This document shows positions 54,418-62,551 of a stretch of 64,000 bases of DNA, piece by piece (positions within the stretch are counted from its first letter, which is position 1; every line of letters starts with the position of its first letter). Made by a program: the position numbers and the translations under genes. The stretch comes from Polyangiaceae bacterium. Its GTDB lineage: Bacteria > Myxococcota_A > Polyangia > Polyangiales > Polyangiaceae. The notes under the pieces are model-generated. The model did not search any database and was not told the DNA's origin. It saw only the letters and a program-made list of their open reading frames with translations. The DNA lies in the NCBI GenBank assembly GCA_965222375.1, contig CBDCTZ010000016.1, positions 2,784,001-2,848,000 on the forward strand, read 5' to 3'.

Positions 54418-55450
54418 TGCGTTGGTGCCGTGGTTCTTCGGCGGCAGTGCGCCGAGCATGGCACGAGTGGAGCGGGGAGTCGCGCCGTCGCCGGAGCGGT
54501 ACTTGCGCGCCGAGCCCGCCCAGACCAAGCCCCTGGCGAAGCCTCGAGCGCGGCTGCTAGCCGTGAGTCCCCAGGGCCCGCGCGTCGAGCTGAGGACCCC
54601 GATCCGAATCGTGATTTCCGAGCCCGTGGCGGATGCGGATGTTGTCGTGCGAATAGAGCCGCCCACGCCCACCCGCCGCCGCTGGCAAGATGATCGCACC
54701 CTCGTAGTAGAGCCCCTGCCTCGCTGGCGCGCCGGCAAGGCTCATCGCGTCAGCATCAGCGTCTCGGACCACCCCCATGTGGAAGGCATCTTCCGCACCC
54801 AGGTGCCCCCGCCCGAACTGATAACCCCCGGCGAGGGCAAGCGCGTGATCCTCACCTTTGACGATGGCCCCCATCGACGTCGCCAAGCGGATGACCTGCT
54901 GGACACGTTGGACGAGGCGAACGCCAAAGCGATCTTCTTTCCCACGGGTAAGTGGATCCGGGGCCGACCCGATTGGGTGAAGCGAGCCAGCGAAGCGGGC
55001 CACTGGGTGTGCAACCACACCTACAGCCATCGCAATTTGACGTTGCCGCCGATCACCGAGGAGGACATCATCTTCGAGATCGAGAACGGCGCGAGCGACG
55101 GCAGGTGCAAGCTATTCCGTCCGCCACTCATGGCAACCGACGCGCGTGTGGAGCGAATCGTCAAGCGCCTCGGCTACCAGATGTTCCTCTGGGACATCGA
55201 CAGTCGGGACTGGGAAGACACGCCGGCCGAGGACATCGAGAATTTGGTGCTCCGAAGGGTGAAGCCTGACGTAGTTGTATTGCTACATATTCACTCAAAA
55301 GGTACGCATCGCGCATTGCCGAGTCTTTTGGAGCGGTTAACGGAGGCTGGCTATCGACTGACCCATGAGCCGGACCCGGATGTGGATGTAGGTGTGGGTG
55401 GGACACCCGCGGCACAGTTGCCGATCCCCACGCCAGCGCTGCTAGACTGA
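54380..55450 (+). CDS. Exported polysaccharide deacetylase (CE4/NodB) with Ig-like domain
   Basis: LTFDDGP, NHTYSH, LFRPP, WDIDSRDW, VLLH; N-terminal signal peptide. Confidence 0.88.
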   Translation: MLRAVVRIPVLVIALVPWFFGGSAPSMARVERGVAPSPERYLRAEPAQTKPLAKPRARLLAVSPQGPRVELRTPIRIVISEPVADADVVVRIEPPTPTRRRWQDDRTLVVEPLPRWRAGKAHRVSISVSDHPHVEGIFRTQVPPPELITPGEGKRVILTFDDGPHRRRQADDLLDTLDEANAKAIFFPTGKWIRGRPDWVKRASEAGHWVCNHTYSHRNLTLPPITEEDIIFEIENGASDGRCKLFRPPLMATDARVERIVKRLGYQMFLWDIDSRDWEDTPAEDIENLVLRRVKPDVVVLLHIHSKGTHRALPSLLERLTEAGYRLTHEPDPDVDVGVGGTPAAQLPIPTPALLD

Positions 55451-55543
55451 GTCTGGCTCGGGAAGTTAGCTAGCCGAGCGCTCGTAGGACTTTGAGGCAG
55501 CAGTCTGCTTCATTGCTTTGGTTTCAGTAGGAGAAAGAATCCC

Positions 55544-56464
55544 ATGCGAAAGCTCATCACCGCGGTGGCCGGCGCCTTTGCCCTTGCCGCTCCTTTGTTC
55601 GTCACAACCCCGGCTCATGCCGATCTCAGCGCGTGCGGGGACATCCACGTCGAGGCCAGCGCGAAGTGCGACGTCATGGCGAAGGGTGGCTGCGCCGTCA
55701 GATGTACAGAGTTGAAGTTCGAGGCCTCGTGTCAGGCCGAGGGGTACGTGAGTTGCCAGGGTGAATGCAATGTCCAGGCCGACGCTAGCTGCACGGGTGC
55801 TTGCGATCTTTCTGCTTGCGAAGTCCGGTGCAATGACGATGAGCTGAAGTTCGACTGCGCCGCCAACTGTACGGCGGGTTGCGACGCGGACTGCTCGGGG
55901 TCCTGCGAAGCGGAGTGCAAGGCAGACGCCAACAAGGCTGAGTGCCAGTCCAAGTGCGAGGGCTCATGCAAGGCGACCTGTCAAGGTGAGTGCAAGGGAA
56001 GCTGCAGTGGTAGCGTCCCGGACTGCAAGGCCAAGTGTCAGGCCAGTTGTCAAGGCCAGTGTAAGGCCCAGGCCAACGCAAAGTGTCAGGGCAGCTGCCA
56101 GAGCAAGCTCCAAGCGAACTGCGAGGCCAACTTGCAGGGTGGTTGCAAGGCCAAATGCGAGAGCCCCGAAGGCGCCGTCGAGTGCGACGGTCAATTCGTC
56201 GACAACAACGGCAATGCCCAAGCCTGCGTAGATGCAGTTGGGGCATGGATCGCGTCGATCGACGCAAGCGCGACCGGAAGCGCGACTGCGAGCGCCGAGT
56301 GCAAAAATGGCGTATGCACGGCCTCTGCAGAAGCCGAGGGCGAAGCCAGCGCGGGTTGCGCGGTCGCTCCCGGCACCAAGGGTGGTGATCTTGCACTGCT
56401 CGGCCTGTTCGCCGCACTTGGTGGTGTGGTCGTCGCCGGTCGTCGCCGTCGCCGCCGCGCCTGA
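55544..56464 (+). CDS. Cys-rich repeat surface protein with MYXO-CTERM-type sorting signal
   Basis: Signal peptide (PAHA), C-x3-C repeats, C-terminal GCAVAPG + TM + RRRRRR. Confidence 0.85.
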   Translation: MRKLITAVAGAFALAAPLFVTTPAHADLSACGDIHVEASAKCDVMAKGGCAVRCTELKFEASCQAEGYVSCQGECNVQADASCTGACDLSACEVRCNDDELKFDCAANCTAGCDADCSGSCEAECKADANKAECQSKCEGSCKATCQGECKGSCSGSVPDCKAKCQASCQGQCKAQANAKCQGSCQSKLQANCEANLQGGCKAKCESPEGAVECDGQFVDNNGNAQACVDAVGAWIASIDASATGSATASAECKNGVCTASAEAEGEASAGCAVAPGTKGGDLALLGLFAALGGVVVAGRRRRRRA

Positions 56465-56484
56465 GTTCGGCAGCGCAAAGCTCG

Positions 56485-56522
56485 AGGCGTCGCACGACAG
56501 TGCGGCGCCTCGCTGCTTTTTG
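56485..56522 (+). terminator. Putative intrinsic terminator
   Basis: GAGGCGTCGCAC-GACA-GTGCGGCGCCTC hairpin followed by GCTGC and a T run. Confidence 0.55.
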
Positions 56523-56644
56523 TGGCCCGCTGGTCAGTCCTCGAGCTGAGTCAGCCGTTTCGGGGTTGGGGCCCCGAAACCTGAGGGTGGGGCCCCGATG
56601 ACTTCACGTCAGCGGGGCGGGAGCTGTGCTCCCGACAAACGGGC

Positions 56645-57367
56645 CTAGTCCTCGGGCTCGCCGCAGCGCACGCTGCTGCCCTCGGAGATGCAGCTTTCGC
56701 CGGGTTTGTCGCAGTCCGAGTCAGCGGCGAACTTCTTGGACTTGCAGATCAAGATGCTCTTCTTGTCCATGGTGCAGGCGTGCTTGCCTTCCATCTCGCC
56801 GGGGCAGACGTCCTGTAGCTTCGCGACGGTCAAGTCGCAGTTGAGCTTCTTGTCCACGATTTTGCAGCCATCCGGCCCGCGGCAGAAGAACAGCGTGGCC
56901 ATTTTACCACCCTGACAAGACAGCAGCTGCGCGCCGTCCTTGCTACAGCTCTTGCCCTTTTCCGACTCGGCGCAGGCGTCGCCCGCCTCCGCTACGGAGG
57001 TGTCACAGTGTGCACGTCCGTCCTTCCGCTGGCAGCCATCGGGCCCCCGGCATGGCGATGGCAAGTACTTGCCCCCTCGGCAAACGACGATGGTCTTCGG
57101 GTCGGCGCAGGCCGCCGCACCCTCGTCATCCTTGGAACAGCGATCATCTGCTTTGTTGGCGGAGATGTCGCATCGGATTCCATCCGGAGTGATCGAACAG
57201 CCCTTCTCTCCCCGGCAGGGGGTTTCGATGTACTTGCCGTCTTCACACGCGAGTTGCGCCGTCTTGTTGAGACACTTGGCCTCTCCCTTGTCACAGGAGC
57301 TCCCGACGCCCGGTTTGCAGGAGGTCAGCAGCGCGACGAGACTCACGAAGCAGATTCGTTTCCACAT
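56645..57367 (-). CDS. Cys-rich repeat lipoprotein
   Basis: LLTSC lipobox; about four repeats of C...C..G.....CRGP.GC. Confidence 0.8.
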   Translation of the reverse strand: MWKRICFVSLVALLTSCKPGVGSSCDKGEAKCLNKTAQLACEDGKYIETPCRGEKGCSITPDGIRCDISANKADDRCSKDDEGAAACADPKTIVVCRGGKYLPSPCRGPDGCQRKDGRAHCDTSVAEAGDACAESEKGKSCSKDGAQLLSCQGGKMATLFFCRGPDGCKIVDKKLNCDLTVAKLQDVCPGEMEGKHACTMDKKSILICKSKKFAADSDCDKPGESCISEGSSVRCGEPED

Positions 57368-57504
57368 CTTGGCGCGATCCTAGCCCGATTCGCCCGGGAT
57401 TCGGGAGGGCGAAATCCTGCGCACGAGCCCCCCGTAGCGGCTTGACGTTGACCCGAGCCGCACCTAGGTCGAACGACCCAACACAAATCAAGGGAGGCGG
57501 ACAT

Positions 57505-58143
57505 ATGGGACTTCACATCGGAAGCGTTGCACCAGATTTCGAGGCCGAGACCACCGAAGGCAAGATCAAGTTTCACGACTGGATGGGCGATTCTTGGGCG
57601 GTACTGTTCTCACACCCCAAAGACTTCACGCCGGTATGCACGACCGAGCTGGGTCGAGCGGCCAATCTGCGTGAGGAGTTTGGTCACCGCGGCACGAAGA
57701 TGATCGCCGTCAGCGTCGACAACGTCGCGGATCACAGAAAGTGGATCGGCGACATCGAGGAAACCCAGAAGGCGAAGATGAACTTCCCGATCATCGGCGA
57801 CGAGGCACGCAAGGTGGCTCAGCTCTACGACATGATCCACGACGAGGCCGACGACACATTGACCGTGCGCTCGGTTTTCATCATCGACAGCGCGAAGAAG
57901 ATCCGCGCCATGATCACCTATCCCGCCAGCACGGGTCGGAACTTCACGGAAATCCTACGTGTGATCGATTCGTTGCAGCTGACGGACAACCACCAAGTGG
58001 CCACCCCGGTTGACTGGAAGGACGGCGACGACTGCGTCATCGTTCCCGCCATTACCGATCCGGCGGAGATGAAAGAGAAGTTTCCAAAGGGCTGGACGGA
58101 GCTGCGCCCTTACCTGCGCATGACGCCGCAGCCAAACCGCTAG
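57505..58143 (+). CDS. 1-Cys peroxiredoxin (Prx6)
   Basis: FSHPKDFTPVCTTE, YPASTGRNF.EILRVIDSLQ, PYLR; GGAGG RBS. Confidence 0.93.
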   Translation: MGLHIGSVAPDFEAETTEGKIKFHDWMGDSWAVLFSHPKDFTPVCTTELGRAANLREEFGHRGTKMIAVSVDNVADHRKWIGDIEETQKAKMNFPIIGDEARKVAQLYDMIHDEADDTLTVRSVFIIDSAKKIRAMITYPASTGRNFTEILRVIDSLQLTDNHQVATPVDWKDGDDCVIVPAITDPAEMKEKFPKGWTELRPYLRMTPQPNR

Positions 58144-58200
58144 CTGCGGGCGTGGGCGGTGGCGCATTTGCTTGCGCCGCCGCCGTGGTAGCGTGGCGGC

Positions 58201-60288
58201 GTGCTGAGCGCTCGCAGCGAACTCCTGCGTGACGAAGGTCGACGCACTGCTCTTGCTGCGGCCACTCTGGCCAGCGTGATTCTGGCGTTCGTTGCCGGAA
58301 AGGCCGCGCGGGACGCGCTATTCCTTTCTCAGCTGCCGACGGCAGCTCTGCCCGCCATGATGGCGGCGGCTGCAGCGGCTGCTCTGCTGTCATCCCTGGG
58401 CTTCGCGCGGTTGATGAAGAGTATCGCCCCGCAGCGGCTGCTGCCCGCAGGCTTGGCCGTAAGTGCGCTGCTGCACCTGGCGGAGTTTGCTGTGATGCCA
58501 CGCGCGCCCAAGGCCATCGCGGTCGTTGCCTACCTACATGTCGCCGCACTGGTGCCGCTGCTGATCAGTGGTGTTTGGTCCGTCGTGAGCGAATCCTTCG
58601 ACCCGCGCGCAGCCAAGCGTCGCGTGGGGCAGGTTGCGTCCGGCGGAGCCATTGGTGGTGTGCTTGCGGGAGTCGTCGCGGAACGCGCCGGCGCCTGGAT
58701 CGGTTTGCGTGGACTGCTTGCCGTGATTGGCGCAGCGACTGCTGTGGCGCTCATGCTTTCTCTGGCTTTGGCCAGAGCGAAGCCGCGGGCTTCGGCGCCC
58801 ACGGAAGAGTCGGCTGCCGACGCATCGCGCAGTGTGCCTTTTCTGACGCCGCTGGTGTTCATGCTGGCGGCGCTGGCCCTGGGCGGCAGCGCCCTGGACT
58901 ATGTGCTCAAAGTGGCCGCCGTCGAGGCTCACGAAAGCACGCAGGGTTTGCTTCGATTCTTCGCGCTATTCCACGCCGGTGTCGGGCTCGTCACCTTCGT
59001 GGCCCAGTCGACCTTGACCCGCCGCGCCTTGGAGAGCTGGGGTCTGGCGCGGACAGCTGCGAGCGCTCCGCTTTCCGTTGCGGGCGGTGTGGCTCTGGTG
59101 TTTCTCTCCCCGACCTTTGGGAGCATCGCCGCCCTGCGTGGCCTGGAGTCTGTGAGTCGGCTCTCTCTGTTCAAGGCGTCCTACGAGGTCCTGTTCACTC
59201 CGCTCTCGGACGGCGAAAAGCGCGGGCTGAAGACGCTCTTGGACGTGACCGTAGAACGCTTGTCGGACGTGGTTGCAGCGGGCTGCATCTACATCCTGAT
59301 CTTTGCGTTCGCGGAGCCCCGCACCCCATTGCTTGCGTTTGCTCTGCTGTTCATGTTGCTCGCGGCGCTGCTGAGCGGACGCGTGGAGCGCGGCTATGTG
59401 CGAGTGCTCGAGCAGCGCTTGCGACGGGACCCGAATCTGCCCCAGCCCGACGTATTGGATCGCACCACGCAGCGCACACTGCAAGCGCTGCGACCCAAGC
59501 CCGTCCGCGCTGCGTCGACGGAAGCTAGCGGGATCATCGAAGCCATCATGGACGGAGAACGCGAGGTGGATGACGACGCCTTCCACATCTTGATCGACTC
59601 CCTGGCCACGGAGCGTGCCCCGGAGGAGGCGCTACGCCTGCTCCGGACCGTAGCGGATCGACGCGCTCCCGAGTTGGCGGAACTGTTCTTGGATACCGGC
59701 ACGCCTGAACGAACACGCCGCCGCTTGCCTCGCGTGCTCAGCGTTTCCCGCCGTCCAGAGATCGTCGACGCCCTGCTAGGCTCGCTGCAGGACGAACGCT
59801 TCGAGGTGCGCTTTCAATGCGGCAGGGCGCTGTATCGCATGGCGCACCGGGGCCGCGGCATGGCCCCGGAGCCAGCTCGGATCTTCGAGGCCATGCAGAG
59901 TGAACTCTCTTCTCAGCGCGCGGTGCTGGTCGCGGACCAGCAGGCCGACCTGGCTGGCGAGCTGCCACTGGAACGCGAGTTCCTCAGTCATCGCGCGAGT
60001 CGGGTCTTGGAGCACGTTTTCCGATTGCTCACCTTGGTCACGGAAAAGGACGCCGCTCTTGCGGCCTTTCATGCTCTGACCGGCGACGATGACCAGCTAC
60101 GCGGTACGGCCTTGGAATGGCTAGATAGCGCCCTGCCCGGGCCCGTCAGGGTCGCCCTCTTGCCGCACCTGGATAGCGTCGAGCCACCGCCGCGTTCGTT
60201 GCGTTCGCCGGAGAAGCTCATGGCAGAGCTCATGGCCAAGAGCGCCACGGTGCGCATGGCCGCTGCCAAAGCGCCCAAGAGCGAATGA
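58201..60288 (+). CDS. Npt/TLC (ATP/ADP translocase-like) MFS transporter fused to HEAT-like repeats
   Basis: ARDALFL, FDPRAAKR, SYEVLFTPL...K...K..LD; helical-repeat C-terminal half with RGTALEWLD. Confidence 0.75.
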   Translation: MLSARSELLRDEGRRTALAAATLASVILAFVAGKAARDALFLSQLPTAALPAMMAAAAAAALLSSLGFARLMKSIAPQRLLPAGLAVSALLHLAEFAVMPRAPKAIAVVAYLHVAALVPLLISGVWSVVSESFDPRAAKRRVGQVASGGAIGGVLAGVVAERAGAWIGLRGLLAVIGAATAVALMLSLALARAKPRASAPTEESAADASRSVPFLTPLVFMLAALALGGSALDYVLKVAAVEAHESTQGLLRFFALFHAGVGLVTFVAQSTLTRRALESWGLARTAASAPLSVAGGVALVFLSPTFGSIAALRGLESVSRLSLFKASYEVLFTPLSDGEKRGLKTLLDVTVERLSDVVAAGCIYILIFAFAEPRTPLLAFALLFMLLAALLSGRVERGYVRVLEQRLRRDPNLPQPDVLDRTTQRTLQALRPKPVRAASTEASGIIEAIMDGEREVDDDAFHILIDSLATERAPEEALRLLRTVADRRAPELAELFLDTGTPERTRRRLPRVLSVSRRPEIVDALLGSLQDERFEVRFQCGRALYRMAHRGRGMAPEPARIFEAMQSELSSQRAVLVADQQADLAGELPLEREFLSHRASRVLEHVFRLLTLVTEKDAALAAFHALTGDDDQLRGTALEWLDSALPGPVRVALLPHLDSVEPPPRSLRSPEKLMAELMAKSATVRMAAAKAPKSE

Positions 60289-60292
60289 GCCG

Positions 60293-60589
60293 TTGCCAGT
60301 GCCGTCGCATGCGGGGAGCTGCTTCGCGCTCCCTTCTGTGATTTCGGACACGGATCCTCGCGTGCTCAGCGCTCTCGTTGCCGGCTACCGACGCATGTCC
60401 CTCGCGGAGAAGTTTAGGCGCGTGGAGCAATTGAACGAAGCGGTTCTGTCCCTCGCCGCCGCCCGCATCAAGAAGGAGCATCCGAGCATAGGTGATCGTG
60501 AGCTAAGGCTTCGGTTGGCATCCCTGTGGCTCGATGCGGAAACCATGAAGCGCGCATTCGGTTGGGACCCGCACGCCTCGGCTCGATGA
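60293..60589 (+). CDS. Small hypothetical protein, partner of a nucleotidyltransferase-like gene (GTG 60338 is an alternative start)
   Basis: SDTDP...YRRMS.AEK...HP....ELRLRLA; ATGA overlap with the next ORF. Confidence 0.6.
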   Translation: MPVPSHAGSCFALPSVISDTDPRVLSALVAGYRRMSLAEKFRRVEQLNEAVLSLAAARIKKEHPSIGDRELRLRLASLWLDAETMKRAFGWDPHASAR

Positions 60590-60669
60590 CCGCCCTCGCT
60601 GAACCCATCGAAGTTACGCTTCAAGTGACCGCAGCTTTCGAACGCCTTGGCGCGCGCTATTTGGTGGGT
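60586..60669 (+). pseudogene. 5' fragment of a nucleotidyltransferase-like gene
   Basis: MTALAEPIEVTLQVTAAFERLGARYLVG, then divergence where a GGS.A...DxD motif would be expected. Confidence 0.45.
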
Positions 60670-60836
60670 GTGTGGCCGTGCGGAGCGCTTCGAATCTCGC
60701 GTGCCGCTCCTCGGCTTGACGCCAGCATACTCCGGCACGGAAGAGAGCGGCCGGCAGTTGCCGTTTTCTTGTCCGGCCCGAGGGTCTTCAGCCATGCCTT
60801 TGGGGGCGCCGCCCTGGGTGGCGCGGGAGGCAGCAG

Positions 60837-61487
60837 ATGACTAGTTCCGAGATGATTCCCGAGACCGGTGCGTCGCGACCCTTGGGGGTCGTTGTGCGAC
60901 GCGGAGATGGCGATGCCGCAGGGCCGTGTCCACCGCCGTCCTCGCGGGTGCCGAGCGCCCACCCGAACACCATCATCGGTCTCGGCGAAGACTTCATCGA
61001 CGAGCTGCGACTCACCCGGCCGTGGATCAAGAGTCCGTTGCCACCTCGTTCAGAATCGCTCACTGCGGATGCGACGCCGTCTGACGCGAAGGATGAGGCG
61101 TCCTGCTCCCCAATCCCCCCGCTGGCCGCGACGGCCGCCCGCTGCTCGGAGAGCCCACCTCCCGCCGCCGTTGCCTCGCCGACTCCGTCCGTCACGCCCC
61201 CACCGCCGACGGCTACGGTCAAGTGCAAGACTCCCGAGCCGACAAAGGCCCCGCGGGTCGGCGCGAGACGGAAGCCGACCGCCATCACCTTGGCTGCCTC
61301 CGAAGTCGGCGAGCTGTCTTCGGCGCCGGATGCCAGTAGCGCCAACTCGGCGGACAACGTCGACTTCCGCGCGCAGTTTCGCGGACACGTGCGCAACATC
61401 GTCCGCGAGTTCGGCATGCTGACCGTGGATGTGGTCGATGCGGTCGAGCGCTGGTTGCGCGGCCGATCGCCTGCCCCTGAGGACTAA
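60837..61487 (+). CDS. Hypothetical Pro/Ser/Thr-rich protein
   Basis: GGAGG upstream of the ATG; low complexity. Confidence 0.5.
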   Translation: MTSSEMIPETGASRPLGVVVRRGDGDAAGPCPPPSSRVPSAHPNTIIGLGEDFIDELRLTRPWIKSPLPPRSESLTADATPSDAKDEASCSPIPPLAATAARCSESPPPAAVASPTPSVTPPPPTATVKCKTPEPTKAPRVGARRKPTAITLAASEVGELSSAPDASSANSADNVDFRAQFRGHVRNIVREFGMLTVDVVDAVERWLRGRSPAPED

Positions 61488-61829
61488 CCGGCATGCAGCG
61501 TCCCGCATGCGAGAGCCGTGGCGTCGTCCCCTTGGGGCCCAAGTTCAGCTCTGTTGCCCTCCCAAACCAGCCGGCTTGTTTTGTTGGAAGGCAACAGAGC
61601 TGTACTGGCGCCTCGAGTCACGTCGCGTTGGCTCTGGCCTGTTGTACGGGGCATTGTCCGCCTCGACAAGCTGGGCTGGAACACGTCTGCGTTCAAGCAC
61701 AGCGGCATCGGCGCGAACTGAATGCAGCGGGAGCGCTGTACGACGGCGCCAGCATAGGCGTTTTCAACCCCAGTGGCGACTTCGCTACCGGCGGGCCGTC
61801 CCCGCATCTCCGAGACCTTTGGGACGTGG

Positions 61830-62249
61830 TCAACGGTGCTTCAGCTGCGCCGACGCCGCCTTCCGCCTCGCCAGTAGATAGATCGCGCAGCCAACCGCGG
61901 TAACGATCGCCGTCATGGCGATCGATGTGTTGCGAAGCATGAATCCGCAATCGCCGGAGCGCACGCTCATCCACCATCCCGGGTGGATCGCGGCGAGCAC
62001 GGCCGGCAACCATCGAGCGCTCCAGGGAGGTTTGGGCGATCGGGTCAGAACGAGCACCGTCGCGGCAACTCCGGCGGCCACGGCGAGGAGAACCCAGCCG
62101 GCTAGCATGTTGTTGGTCATGGCGCGTGCCGCGCCGGGGCCGGAGCAGGCGAGCGCCGACGGAGCCAGGGTCGCCATGGCGCCGCCCGCGGACGCAGCTG
62201 AGCATCTCAGCATTCGGGCCGTCCTCCGAGTGAAAGCAAGACCGCGCAT
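61830..62249 (-). CDS. Hypothetical small membrane protein
   Basis: ALACSGPGA, three TM segments, HPGWWM..RSGDCG. Confidence 0.6.
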   Translation of the reverse strand: MRGLAFTRRTARMLRCSAASAGGAMATLAPSALACSGPGAARAMTNNMLAGWVLLAVAAGVAATVLVLTRSPKPPWSARWLPAVLAAIHPGWWMSVRSGDCGFMLRNTSIAMTAIVTAVGCAIYLLARRKAASAQLKHR

Positions 62250-62437
62250 CGCGCGCCTAGCCTAGCAGCGGCTGGCCGTGAACGCGGTCGATGCCGTCGA
62301 GCGCTGGCAGCGTGGTCGGTCCGCAGCGCGTTCTCGCAGTGGTTCTCGGTCACAACGCCGTCGGAGCTCGAGCTCCGCTCAGCCCAGCTAAGTCCAACTC
62401 AGTGGCCCGGTTCTGACGCTCGCCCCACATTGCCGAG

Positions 62438-62504
62438 CGAGTCGGCCCGGCCGTGCCCGCGGGGGGCGTGCCGAGTCGGCCCGGCCGTGCCCGCGGGGGC
62501 GTGC
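62438..62504 (+). repeat. Tandem duplication of a 33-34 bp GC-rich unit
   Basis: CGAGTCGGCCCGGCCGTGCCCGCG(5-6)CGTGC occurs twice. Confidence 0.85.
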
Positions 62505-62551
62505 CGAGCCAATGAACGATCGCGCTCACACGATCACCGGAGGCTTCGAGG

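Noticed and set aside
56560..56600. REP-like GGGGCCCCGA repeats
   Set aside because: Two short copies only; I noticed no further copies, so no family can be established.
61493..61903. 136-aa plus-strand ORF
   Set aside because: No recognisable motif and it overlaps the convergent gene; at most a fragment.
62438..62504. 33-34 bp repeats as CRISPR or att sites
   Set aside because: Directly tandem, two copies, no spacer, no integrase.
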